64,000 nt of DNA from the human T2T-CHM13v2.0 reference genome, Homo sapiens. Shown here piece after piece: positions 42,940 through 56,269 of the stretch; the stretch's first letter is position 1, and every line of letters begins with the position of its first letter. The notes beneath the pieces were generated by a model that was given only the letters and a program-made list of their open reading frames with translations, did no database searches and was not told where the DNA came from. Position numbers and translations under genes: made by a program. The stretch is from NCBI RefSeq assembly GCF_009914755.1, contig NC_060936.1, one strand, 5' to 3'.

Positions 42940-43113
42940 CACAGGTTCTCAAGACTGGCTGACCATTAAATTTACCCAAAGAGCTTTAAAAAAAAATCTA
43001 CACCTTACTCCAAATAAAGTAAGTCTTAGCCTCTGAAAGTAGAGCCCAAGCACAGAGTTTTATTTATTAAGCTTCCCAGGTGATTCCATGTATAACAAGG
43101 TATCAGAAACACT
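42940..43113. mobile_element. MER5A1/MER5B
   Basis: 'ggttctcaagactggctg...aagcttcccaggtgattcc...agaaacactg'. Confidence 0.7.
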
Positions 43114-43639
43114 GAACAATAATAATCACTTATGTCTCTTCCACATTTAATCTTCCACGCTTTCTAGGAAACCGTGTCTCCTGCCTTTTTTTACTCTCAT
43201 CTCTTCTTTACATAAATATATACTATATAGATTGAACATAGTAAAAAGACAGATATTATTATTTTATTCACAAAGTTTTATAAATAAATATGTGATTTTT
43301 TCATCTGCACATGACTCTGGCTACAAACCCAGGTAACCCATATCAGGAAAAGCTGTTTCATATGGGAAATGTAATAACTGGGGAGACAAAGTACAGCTAA
43401 GATGTTTTAGACAATACTCCCTTCTACTCTTGAATCATAACTGTTACAGTTCAGAATGGAGCAACAAAAGAATTTTTGGTAAATCAACAGGGAAAGTATT
43501 TTGCATGACTTGACCCAGGCTCTGACTCATCTATTAGGATTTACTAGAATGTATCATAAACACTATCAGGCATAACATGGGGAATTTTCCTACTATTCCC
43601 TAATGAGCAATGAGCATATAGGATTTTGTTGTATTTCTT

Positions 43640-45770
43640 TTTATTATTATTATTATACTTTAAGTTCTGGGATACATGTGCAGAACATGCAGGTTTTTTA
43701 CATAGGTATACATGTGCCATAGTGGCTTGCTGCACCCATCAACCTGTCACGTACATTAGTTATTTCTGCTAATGCTGTCCCTCCCCTAGCCCCCCAACCC
43801 CTGACAGGCCCCGGTGCATGATGTTTCCCTCCCTGTGTCCGTGTGTTCTCATTGTTCAATTCCCACTCATGAGTGAGAAAATGCAGTGTTTGGTTTTCTG
43901 TTCTTGTGTTAGCAAACTAACTGAGAATGATGGTTTTTCAGCTTCATTCATGTCCCTGCAGAGAACATGAACTCATTCTTTTATATGGCTGCATAGTATT
44001 CCATGGTTTATATGTGCCACATTTTCTTTATCCAATCTATCATTGATGGGCATTTGGGTTGGTTCCAAGTCTTTGCTATTGTGAACAGTGTTGCAATAAA
44101 CATACACATGCATGTATCTTTATAGTAGAATGACTTATAATCCTTTGGATATATACCCAGTAATGGATTCTGGGTCAAATGGTGTTTCTGGTTCTAGATC
44201 CTTGATGAATCGGCACACTGTCTTCCACAATGGTTGAACTTATTTACACTCCCACCAACAGTGTAAAAGCATTCCTGTTTCTCCACATCCTCGCCAGCAT
44301 CTGTTGTTTCCAGAATTTTTATTGCTCGCCATTCTAACTGGCATGAGATGGTATTTCATTGTAGTTTTGATTTGCATTTCTCTAATGACCAGTGATGATG
44401 AACTTTTTTCATGTTTCTTGGCCACACGAATGTTTTCTTTTGAAAAGTGTCTGTTCATATCTTTTTCCCACTTTTTGATAGTTTTTTTTCTTGTAAATTT
44501 GTTTAAGTTCCTTGTAGATTAGCCCTTTGTCAGATGGATAGATTGCAAAAATTTTCTCCCATTCTGTAGGTTGCCTATTCACTCTGATGATAGTTTCTTT
44601 TGCTGTGCAGAAGCTCTTTAGTTTAATTAAATCCCGTTTTTCTCTTTTGGCTTTTGTTGCCATTGCTTTTGGTGTTTTAGTCATGAAGACTTTGCCTATG
44701 CCTATATCCTGAATGGTATTGCCTAGGTTTTCTTCTAGGGTTTTTATGGTCTTAGGTCTTATGTTTAAGTATTTAATCTACCTTGAGTTAATTTTTGTAT
44801 AGGGTATAAGGAAGGAGTCCAGTTTCAGTTTTTTGCACATGGCTAGCCAGTTTTCCCAACACCATTTATCAAATAGAGAATCCATTCCCCATTGCTTGTT
44901 TTTGTCCAGTTTGTCAAAGATCAGATGGTTGTACATCTGTGGTGTTATTTCTGAGGCCTCTATTCTTCTTGAAGAGGTCCTTCACATCCCTTGTAAGTTG
45001 TATACCTAGGTATTTTATTCTCTTTGTAGCAATTGTGAATAGGAGTTCACTCATGATTTGGCTCTCTGTCCATTACTGGTGTATAGGAATGCTTGTGATT
45101 TTTGCACATTGATTTTGTATCCTGAGACTTTGCTGAAATCGCTTATCAGCTTAAGGAGATTTGGGGCTAAGACGATGGGGTTTTCTAAATATACAATCAC
45201 ATCATCTGCAAACAGAGACAATTTGACTTCCTCTCTTCCTATCTGAATACATTTTCTTTCTTTCTCTTGCCTGATTGTTCTGGCCAGAACTTCCAATACT
45301 ATGTTGAATAGGAGTGGTGAGACATGGCATCTTTGTCTTTTGCCGTTTTCAAAGGGAGTGCTTCCAGCTTTTGCCCATTCAGTATGATATTGACTGTGGG
45401 TTTGTCATAAATAGCTCTTATTATTTTGAGATACATTCCATCAATACCTAGTTTATTGAGAGATTTTAGCATGTAGAGGTGTTGAACTTTATTGAAGGCC
45501 TTTTCTGCACCTATTGAGATAATCATGTGGTTTTTTTCATTGGTTCTGTTTATATGATGGATTATGTTTATTGATTTGCATATGTTGAACCAGCCTTGCA
45601 TCCTAGGGATGAAGCCGACTTGTTCATGGTAGATACGCTTTTTGATGTGCTGCTGGATTTGGTTTGCCAGTATTTTATTGAGGATTTTCCCATCGATGTT
45701 CATCAGGGATATTGGCCAGAAATTTTCTTTTCTTGTTGTGTCTCTGACAGGTTTTGGTATCAAGATGATG
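43640..45770 (-). mobile_element. 5'-truncated L1PA6/7 with decayed ORF2
   Basis: Antisense 3' UTR 'ttatactttaagttctgggatacatgtgcagaac'; ORF 45299-45787 encodes RT motif [22 protein letters not shown]; TSD TGTATTTCTT at 43630-43639 and 45769-45778. Confidence 0.95.
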
Positions 45771-46749
45771 TATTTCTTACAGTACATGGAGTGGCAGGAA
45801 GAATTTTACAACAGTAAGAATCCCAATTCTGAACTCTGTAACAAAGCCAAGATAAGTAAACACTAAGACATTTTTAGAAGAGTCAGAAAAAAGTTTAAAT
45901 GGTTGAAATCTAGAATATCAAATATAACCAAAAACATGTACCAGTTAAGTAAAACACCCTGAAATGCTCATTTGAAATTAGCAGAATTATGAATTCACCC
46001 CTATATCTTAAAAATATTATATATTTTTAAACTTTAATTACAGAAAAGCCTGGAAAGAATGACCAATTCAGTAGTAATGTACACACACTGGCAAATAAAT
46101 GAAGTTCTGGGATGCATTGCAAAATAATTTGGGAAGATTGAAATGATATAATGTGAAAAAGATTAGCTATAATTTAATAGTTGTCGGATCAGGATGATTT
46201 GTATACTCAGATTCATTTTATTCTACTTTTGTGTAAGTTTAAAACTTTCCATAAATTTGAAATGAATCACTCTACTTTGTCAAGTCTCAATATGTTCATC
46301 TATTAAATGAGAATAATATATGACAGTTATTTTCATATGTTTAAAAATTTTGTATAATTTTTACCTTCCTTATATGTGTAGAAGGAATACAAATTAGACT
46401 TTTCAAAAGCCAAACTGCTGTGCAATAATTCAATAAGTTACCTAAAAATACTGAAAATACTAAGAAACCTCTTTTATATTCAATAATTATCAGTAAGGCA
46501 AATTTAAGGAAACTACATCAAAACAGAAAAGATTTCATTATCCTCTTGATGCATTAATGGGGCAGTTATCACTCTAGTTCCATAGATTTGTGAAGGGCAG
46601 ATAGACCTGTGGATTGCCTTTAATGAGCCAGGCCTATGACCTTGGTCAGGTTATTAAACTTTTGTCATTTGTGAAATAAGAGGTATAAACTAGATTTTCT
46701 TGGGTGTGATTAGCATGAGCAGCATTGAACATTTAACATTAATGAAAAT

Positions 46750-46752
<3 letters not shown>

Positions 46753-46800
<48 letters not shown>
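46753..46800 (+). repeat. Perfect (GATA)12 STR
   Basis: Counted directly. Confidence 0.98.
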
Positions 46801-49800
46801 CAGGTAGATATAGAGAAGTGATGATGGTTGAATTTGAAGTTATATTTATCTGCCTAACCCATTGTGCTGAAACTAGCATAACACCCTTTAATGCTACTCA
46901 TAAACTTAAGTTGGCTCTGAAGAAAAACAGAAAGGGAAACTTGTTGATTACAGTCTGTATTCTAGAGATTTTCTAGCTGTCACCATTAATCCCCAACTCT
47001 TTCCCCCATGACACAGTGTTCAGTTTAGATGGAAACATTTAAGTATTTCTGAATAAATGTTAGATAAAAGCTATCCTTTAATCCACAGGGATTGTTCATA
47101 ACAACGTTGTTTTCATCAATAAACTTATATATTAAAATTGAAAAGTTAGTCAATTATCTGGAAAATTGAATATAAAAACTCAATGTTTTTCAGAAATGTG
47201 CTTCAAAGCTCTGTCAGTAGTAGGATAGGCCAGATCATGGGAGTCAGATATTAGGAAAATAGTGATGCTTACTAGAGTCAGCTATACATTAAGTTTAATT
47301 TACCTGCTGATATTCACAGAGGTATGACAGATGATTTAGTGATCCATGCCAGTTCCATACTGAGTCATAGCAGTAGGTGTGTTCTGACTTGAAAAGAAGC
47401 AACAAGTAGATGTCTTAGCAGGTAGAACAGTACAACAAAGACAAAGCAGCTTGTGCAAGCAGGAATTACACAGAGAATGACAAAGAGATGTAACTCCAGG
47501 AATATATGGAACAGGGAGTGAGGCCCCATGCTGCATACGGGAGATCAAGGTAGAAATTTAGTGAGGAGGACTAGTAATGTGGGAGCCTTGTCTCCCATGC
47601 ACTGGTGTACAATGTAGGAACAGGGCATGCTTCTGACATTAAGACATGACTTATGTTTACTTTTACTTAAGTCTGCTTAATATTGAAAAACGCTCCTTGC
47701 ATGTTTTGACTGAACAAAGCTAATCCAAAGCCATAATGAAACTCAACCTGAAGGCAAAGGGTAAAGGAAATAGCTGAATAAGTATAAAGAAAGCCAAGAG
47801 AGTCAGGCAGGTCATTGCACTTACAGTTTATGAATGGCAGTAAATAGTTTTGTATGGGGATCATTTTCAGAATTCATATTTGGATTATTCTTGATGAACA
47901 GATTTAATGAGCAACATCAAATTCAATAATAGCATGCTCAAAGAGAAAATACTTTATTTTGGGAAAAGTTCATCTTTTTTGAAAAACTATGTGAGGAGAG
48001 AAGAGTGGACATTTTTTTCCTACAGGAAGATAAGAAAGTCAAAGCTTGCAAATAGGTCTTTCCCAACTGAGTTTAAAGGGGAGAAATCTCTTTCTCCTTT
48101 CTGTGCACATGAATTATATTAGAATGTTATGCTAAGGATATTTGGCTTTCCCACATATTCACAAATCCTATTCTGATCCCAACTTGACTTTACAAAGTAT
48201 CATTGGCATACTTTCAAATCAATCTCTGATTTATTCCAGAAGGAAAGGAGATGGAATAATTCCATAAAGAGGGTCTTTTTATTGGTAATAAAATTGGTGA
48301 ACTTCATATGGTAGAATTATCTCACAGTATTTTTATACTGGAGGAAGATTTAACAATGGAAACTAGTATACCCTCGACACATTTCATTGTGTAAAGCATA
48401 TCTATTTAACTGCTTTAATGCAGGCTTGCAGATTTCAGTTCACTGGCAAACCAAGAACCTTATAAAAAAGAATTGAGGCGCTAAAGATACATGATCCTTC
48501 AATCATCATAGAGAGTTGCACCATTCTTATTTTATCACATCATCAAAAATGATAATTGTGGTTCAATTAAGGTTGTGTAATATGAATCAGATTACAGAAT
48601 AGACTTCAAACAATGTGTGGATTTCAGGACTAAACTTTTCAAGGATTAACAAATGAACTTCAATGGTTTCCTTAATAACTCTGAGTAAATTTATGCTAGA
48701 GTGTTGAATCTGAAAGATTTGAGAAAGCAGTTTTTATTGCTGACATTTCTGCTAGGTTACCTTCACCATCTAACTGAAATCTGCCCAGATGGTATCCTCT
48801 CTTGAGTGTTGAGGTGCTACATAAAAGACAATCCTGACAATAGTAATTAGATCTTTTTTATTGATAAGAAGCTTTTAATCTGTATGTTTCCTTGGAGCCA
48901 GCTTTTTTTTTGTATCCCCTTTTAGTGTAAAGAGCATTTTCTTTCTAGGTTTCCACTAGGATAAATAGTCCTAAACGTGATTTTTAAAATGCTCTGTGGT
49001 TGTTTCAAAGTCAATTGAAGGATGCAGGTCAATTTTCTTCAGGTTTATTTTTCTTTTCCTCATTTGAAGTGTATGCTGAGTCCACTTGCCAAGATTTACT
49101 GTGGGGTCAACCCAATAAAATTTGCCAGGACTGAACTGGACTGTAGGATCCAATTCAAGAGAGGAAATTAGAATCAAGAGAGTATTGATAATTTAATAAA
49201 AAATGATAATTGAGAAGATTTCAATGAATGGAATCAATATTTCTCTAAGAATATTTGATATTATTTAATTTCCTACTGTTATTATACCAGAGGAGTTTAT
49301 TCTCATTGCATTTAAATAATGAACAGATTAATTTATGTGTTGGGAAGATAATACAGTGATTATTTTTCATAATAAGAGGGCATTTTTCTTCTAACAGGCT
49401 ATTTTTATTATCCATTTCAATCATGGGAAATTTACTAATTATATATATATTATATAACATTTGATGAACACAGGATAGATATTGATAACCTGTTTATATG
49501 TTTGAAACTATAATAATAAAATTATAATTTTATCCTTTGTGAATTCACTTATCACTTAAGAATTAGAATATTTTCAATACATAAAAATGCTTACATGCTT
49601 CTGTATGTATCTCTCTTCCATGCAACCTCAGCAGCAATCATGATTCTAAGTTTTGAATTTATATTTCCTAGATTTTTGTATAGTTTTACCATGTAGATAT
49701 GGCTCTCTAAACATGAAAGTTTTGACTTTTAAATTTACAAAAATGGTAATATATGTTTTCTACCATTTTTATTCAACATTAAACTTTAAGATTAATTTAT

Positions 49801-49824
49801 GTTGTTAAAATAGTCTCACCACTG

Positions 49825-50022
49825 TGTCTTTTGAGCTTTATATACATTACTTCACTTAACTCTCAGAAGATCATCACAAAGTACATATTTTTATTGTCAT
49901 ATTAAAAGGTAAGAAATCAAAGTTAAGAAATTTGAGGGAAAGGCCTCAAGGTCACATGTCTGGAAGATGACAGACCTATCTCATCTTAGTAGCTGCACCT
50001 CTTTGACTCTTAACCATACATT
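49825..50022 (-). mobile_element. MIR
   Basis: 'gctttatatacattacttcacttaactctca...caaggtcacatg...ctcttaacca'. Confidence 0.65.
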
Positions 50023-50143
50023 ATTTAATAGTATCATTCATACTTCTGTATAGCAAACGAGCTCAAGGATAAATTGCTTTTAAGGTTGTTATATCCACAT
50101 AAAACACATGAGGAAAGTGGAGGCATTTCCTACGGTTGCCTGT

Positions 50144-50306
50144 TGTGGATGGCAGAATGATGGCCTTATCAAGATATCTATATCCTCATCCCTGGAACCT
50201 GGGAAGACGTTGTTATATGAAAAGAGAGAATTAGGGTTGCAGATAATTAAGATAATGCCCTGATTTTAAGGTTAGCTTTAAATGTAGAAGAGGGAGGCAG
50301 AAGAGT
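50144..50306 (+). mobile_element. MLT1D/E 5' fragment
   Basis: 'tgtggatggcagaatgatggcc...atccctggaacctg...agagggaggcagaagagt'. Confidence 0.7.
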
Positions 50307-50389
50307 AAATGAATATACTTACTTGAGTAAATAAATTTCTAATGTGGTTTTAAAAATTCTGACTGCTAGTATATTGCATTCTCCACACA

Positions 50390-51400
50390 CTGTATTTTTT
50401 GAAACTTTAAAGTTTTTAATTAGTAATTTTTATGGATGCAATACATTAACATAGTTCAAAATTCAAAAGATGTAAAAGAACAACAGTAAAACACATATTA
50501 TTTAAAATACCTGATTTACAATTATACACTTTCTTTCCTTAAGTGCAACCTGTGTTATCATTTTCTGTGACTACTTTCTACATAAAGATTTGTTATAAAA
50601 CCAAATGTGCATCTAAACTCATGCACACACCCTCCTTTTTTGCATAGTTGATAGCAATTATGCACATTGTTGGACAGTTTTTTAACATCACAATGTATCT
50701 TAGAAATCATTACATGAGAAGCTTTCTTGTATTTTTTAACCAACTACATACATTTGTATTACATTGATACACCAGGATTTATTTAACCATTTTCCAATTG
50801 ATAGACATTTAGACTGTTTCCAGGTTTCGCTATGTCTCACACCCTAATAATGTAAACAAAGGTCTGTTTTACCTAGGCTTTGCCAACCCATTGTTTACTC
50901 ACTTTTTCATCTTTATCAATATGAAAATAGAAAAAAAGTCATCTTAGTGTAATCTTTATATTTTATTATGAGTGAAATGAATATTTCTCATCCTTTAAGG
51001 TTTCTTTGCATGTCCTCCCCTGAGAAATCTCATTGTAGCTTATGCTCATTCTTCTATCATTATGAATTTTTCTCATTGTTGTATAGTAGCTCTTTATATA
51101 TTATGAAAAATGGCTCTTTCTCTGTAAAATGAGTAGAAATATGTTTTCCAACCTGGCATGTATGCTTTTTTTTTTGTAGGACTTTTAAATTGTTTTATAG
51201 CTGAAATTTAAAATATTTTTTGGTAAATCTAAAACATGGTTTTATTTTTCTATGCAAATATTTGATGTCTGAAGTTAATCCTAATGTAAAGAGTGAAGTT
51301 TATTCTTATCATTATTTTTTTAAAGGTGACAACAATGTTTTACCACTTATTTCAAATGCCACTTCTAGCCAATCCAAACTATGAATGTATTTTTGCCTCA
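50390..51400 (-). mobile_element. Old L1ME remnant
   Basis: 'tttatttaaccattttccaattgatagacatttagactgtttccag'. Confidence 0.6.
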
Positions 51401-51501
51401 CATTTCATTCTATGTGTTTCTTCTTGTTCACCTAATACCATCAAGTGCTCATTATTGGGTCTTCCAGTGGAGCCCAGACAATATTCTGGTTGCTAAAAAG
51501 A

Positions 51502-51516
51502 AGGTCAATGAGGTCA
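51502..51516 (+). promoter_or_regulatory. Perfect DR3 nuclear-receptor motif AGGTCA-ATG-AGGTCA (candidate VDR/RXR site)
   Basis: Motif seen directly; function untested. Confidence 0.35.
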
Positions 51517-52299
51517 GTGGTAACCCAGAGGTTATCACATATATGGGGTCTTTTATAGATAACAAAAAGGAAGTCTTGCTTCTTCCATTTTTTATTTTTT
51601 GGAGAGGCTATTAATACAAGGGAATCTGGGATAAGGAAATAGAAGGTGATGGAAGAGATGGCATGGGGTATGCTTTTCCATCTGGCTTAGACAGATAGTT
51701 TTAATATCCAATGGAAAGAGGGATAGAGCAAAGGATATATAAATTCTGTCTTCATAAAGACTCTGAATCTAGAGGCATGAATACTTCTTCCCTGAAGTTC
51801 ATATGGTAGATTGCAAAACAGAGTCAGCAGCACAGCCATTCTACTCCAAATCTTCACCCAAGTCCTAGTACATCATGGAATAATGCACCATCGTTGACTG
51901 ATCAGAGTGTACTTGTCAGTCTTTCCTCCACAGCATATACAAGTAGTCAGAACTAGCTCTAAGCGTGATGATAAAGTTCTCTGTTTAGAAGGCTAAAATT
52001 AAATAAGAGAAGATTTTCTTTCTGAGAATTTGTTTTTTTTTTTTCCCCCTCCATTGCTGCGACCCCTTCCCTGAGTGTCTAAAAAATGATACCGACATGA
52101 TGGGGTGGAATTGGAGAAGGCTCTGAGCTACAGGTAAGCTCATATCCTAGTGAGCATTTCCAAGCTACATGCATAAGTTAAGAATTCATGTTGCTAGTAT
52201 CATCAGCATTTAAAGACTTTTTAGGATTGGAAAATTAGATCTAAAATATACCATGACATTTTAAGAGAGAAATATTATTATAATACACAAAAATATATC

Positions 52300-52780
52300 T
52301 TTATTAAAACACTATATTTCTTCAACAAATCAATGGCATAAAAAGGGGAGGAAAAGTCTTAGTTGAAAGAGACTTAAAAGATTATAATAACTAAAAGTAA
52401 TCAATAAATTTCATTGAAATCTTACTTTGAATTCTAAAAGGGAGTTGCTTGAGATAATATGTGATACTTTAATATAAACTGGATACATGATTATTTTAAA
52501 CATTTCTTGTTATTGGTGGTGGTGGTGTAAATACATGTATGTGTGATGTAAGTACAGTGCTTTGGTAATAAGATGCCCACTTTGAAAACATATGTTAAAT
52601 GAAATACATAAAGTGAAATTATTTAAGTTCTGAGATTTATCTTACATTTTTAGTACAGACACTTTAAGAATGAGTAGAAGAAGAGAAATATTGATAATTG
52701 TTGAACCTTTAACAAGGGTATTAGGGATTTAATTATACTCTTTTATCTACTTTTGTAGGTTTGAAATTTTTCTTCATAAA
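52300..52780 (+). mobile_element. L1ME/MC 3' end
   Basis: 'tttcttcaacaaatcaatggc...aagagacttaaaaga...ctacttttgtaggtttgaaattttt'. Confidence 0.6.
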
Positions 52781-54599
52781 AATCTGCCCCCAAATTTATG
52801 ACTTTAAAAATCTTTCTGATTCAAAAATACTCTTTATGCCTTAAGTCTACAGATTATCCCTTCCAAGTGGTAGATATGATAATATCATTGAACTTTCCTG
52901 GGTAAGAAAAACTTTAGGCATAGAGAGGTTTAGGAATGTGCCCAATGCAACAGAACAAGGCCGTCTCGGGAGAATCTCTGGCTTGAACACGTCTCCTCCG
53001 GCTGCCCAGCTACCCTCACATTAGGCTGTAACGTTCAAAGGCTTTGCCTGAAGTTTGTTCCAAAAAACACAGGACTATGTTTAAATGATGCCTTTCAAAT
53101 TGATCTGAAATAATAAAAAAGTTTAAGTTTAAACTATCATTTTATTTCAAGAATAAAGCAAGTTTTCTTTTATTGCTATAGATAACATGGCAAGAGAAGT
53201 TAAATCCAGATAGAAACTTTCAAGAACTTAGTGACAAAAGTTAGAATCTCTTGTGCTTGCTATAACCGCCATTTTAGATGTATTTTATTTTCATTTTCTT
53301 TGAAGAAGCAGGAAATGAATTGAACAAAGATTTATGCCTTTTAATGTCACAGCTGATTACCAACTGAAATTGGAGGAATGCAATTTTTATGACTTTATGT
53401 AAAAGTGAGCTATATTTCAGAATGAAATGGAGATTGGCTAGACAGACAGATTTAATTTTTAAGAATGTATGTTATCTTACAGGAAATATTTATATAAATT
53501 AAGAAAGTTTAAATCTCTAAATTATTAGTTTTAAATAATTCACCTGACCTGGTACTAGTCACATGCATGTCTGAAATATAATTTTATGAACCAAACTCTT
53601 CTGGAAATATGTTTTAAATTTATATATCTTTATATACCAAATTACTAAAACTCATAAAATGCTGAAATCTTGATTAATTTTCTGAAGCACATAGGCATTA
53701 CCTAGCATTTGTTTTTCAAATTCTCTGTCTGACATGGTACATATTAAATGTTTAGTAAACCCCTAAAAATTATACCCATTCATTAATATTGGATGTATAT
53801 AGGTATATTGCTTTCTCTTTCACAGAAACGTTGCCTTCCTAAGATAATTATTTTCATGTTAAATAGTAAGAGCCTGGTTTTGAGGGTTACAACCAGGTTA
53901 AAAAAAATCATTAAACAAGGATAAATATAGTCTCTGTCTTTTTCTTCCCTATCACATCCAAACCATATGGAAATTTTATAAGTTTATTTACCCACTTATT
54001 TAATAAATATTTTGAAGGTGCTTCTTAGGTACTACACACAGTGCTAAATGTTACAGATAAATCTGTTTTACAAAATCACCAGTCCTCATTGATTACTAGA
54101 AAAGACAGTTACTGATTTGTGTCACATGCCTTAAACACAGTAAGCAATTCTATTTCTCTATATATTTGGACATGTTGATCCTTCTGCTTTAAATATCCTT
54201 TCATATGTGGAACACCTAACAAATTTCTCCTTATTCCCTCAGGCCAAGTTATATGGTAATTAGATGGCTAGTTTTCTTTTTTCTAAAGCTGTCTGTGAAT
54301 TACACTAATTCAGTAATGCCGTTATCTATATTTAGAAATCACAACTTCTAGCAAGTGCATGTCACCTCTCTGAGAAGATTTAAAAATATTGATGTTATTT
54401 GAATTTGCATAGTATATATATGTATGTATACACACATATATGTACATATACACACATAATCCAACTGCCCTCATTTACAATAATACACAGATAATTTTAA
54501 TATTGTTATACTATTCATATGCTATTAAATCAGCATGTGTTTATTTACTTGAAAAATGAAGAAACTAAAAATAAAATGGTCAGCTTCACATAATGCAGA

Positions 54600-55096
54600 T
54601 AAACCTGTAGAGACTTGTCCATATGGAAACTTCTCTCATGTAACAGAATAACTTATGCCAAAATAGGCATAAGAATTGCAGAGCTGGTGTGAATACTTCA
54701 ATGATTTGATCAGTTTCCAAAAGTGGTTTTATCTGGCTTTTTCAGTATCCTTCCTCTATTGCTTGTTACCTTACACTATAAGGATGGCTGCTATATCTAT
54801 AGGTAGCACGTATAATTATCATGCAGAAAGAAAGTGAACGACAAAAGACGAGGACCACCTAAGTCTGATATATTTTCTTAGGATATCAACAGCTTTTTCA
54901 AAGCGCCACCTGGACTAAAGCTTATATACATTATTGGCCAGATATAGATCTGTTATACGAATTTAACTGCATGGGAATTTAGAATGTTAAATAATTCTTA
55001 CTTGGTGCATTATAATTCTGGAAAATGTCCAAGTTCAATTAGAAAAAATATATACAGAGAATGGACATTAGTAGCTACCTTGGAGTATCTATCACA
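54600..55096 (-). mobile_element. Old MLT1J/K-like LTR
   Basis: 'aggatggctgc...cattattggccaga...taactgcatgggaa...gagaatggacattag...tctatcaca'. Confidence 0.55.
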
Positions 55097-55113
55097 TGTG
55101 GTCCTGCCAAATA

Positions 55114-55219
55114 TTAGGTTGGTGCAATATTAGGTTGGTGCAAATATTAGGTTGGTGCTGTTTTTTTTTTTCCATTAAAAGTAATGGCAAGAATCACAAT
55201 TACTTTTGCACCAATCTAA
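55114..55219. mobile_element. MADE1 (Hsmar1 MITE) with rearranged left TIR
   Basis: TA|TTAGGTTGGTGC ... CAATTACTTTTGCACCAATCTAA|TA. Confidence 0.93.
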
Positions 55220-56269
55220 TAAATACTTTAACTTTAATTTTTCTTTGTATATAAATTTCACAGTAGTTTCAGCACATGCATGCACATTCTTAATATATGT
55301 GGTTCCCAATGTATTTGATCTGTGTATTGAGATGGTCCCTAAAATAGCTTTAGCTTGCTTGGTAAAATAAATTCAGTAATTTGACAGAAATAAAGATTCA
55401 ATAGCATTTATTGAATTAAATAGTTCAGTAACTAAGAAATTATTGATATTCAAAAATTCGCAAATATGATAGATCACTGAAAGCAGAAATTCTTCAACTT
55501 CACTGCTGATGTTCCAAACAAAAGTTGCATCCGTAGACCAAAACATAAACTACATAAATGTAAAATCCTAGGGAAAATATACATTTATCTAGCATGGGCC
55601 CTGTTTTCTCAGGTGGAGAATTAAAAACCAGGGAAATAAAATCCCTTGCCCAAGTGAAACTCTTAATAACAGATCAAAGAGAAGAATCATTGTGGAGTCT
55701 AGCTAAATTATATATATTTACAAATGCATACACACATATAATATATGTATACACGTATACATAATGATGTTATCATTTTCTTATGCACAATGCTTCACAT
55801 ATCGATACAGGCATGGTATTCAAACACATCATTTGAATTATTTAATGTGACATTCTTTTACATGCTTCAGGTTTTTAAAGTAAGAGTTTTTTTATGTAGG
55901 CAAAATAGAATCAGGAACATCAGTATATTAAGATCACAATAATATCAACAAAATAAAATCAGCAATATTCAGAAACTCAGAAAATTTTATTTTGTATGAG
56001 TGCAAAGTCATAGAAAGGAGTCTTTTAAAAATATTATATTTATAGGAACTTAAGAGAATCCAATGGCTATTGTCCCTTTTTAATTCTTTGGGGGAAATTA
56101 TTGCTGTAATTTCATTGTCATGAGAAGAATAACACAGACAAGATATCTGCTCTCTTTTCTTGAAATTTTTTTAGTAACTATAATGCTCAAGAGAGTTTTT
56201 TTTTCTGTGCTGGTAAATGTATCTTAAAAGAAATGCAATTTAACACTTAAATGTTATGTATAGGTTTGC

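Noticed and set aside
45299-45787. Longest ORF (162 aa) with reverse-transcriptase motifs
   Set aside because: It is a fragment of a 5'-truncated, frameshifted L1 ORF2 and starts in flanking DNA; not a gene.
46753-46800. CODIS forensic marker
   Set aside because: Flanks do not match the core loci I can recall.
52030-52139. Exon ending at strong donor CAG|GTAAGC
   Set aside because: No convincing AG acceptor directly after the pyrimidine tract and no supporting ORF.
55108-55157. Short direct repeats as a CRISPR-like array
   Set aside because: No spacers, primate DNA, and the unit is a MADE1 TIR end.
55114-55219. miR-548 gene
   Set aside because: The inner left TIR is deleted, so the canonical hairpin cannot form; no expression evidence.
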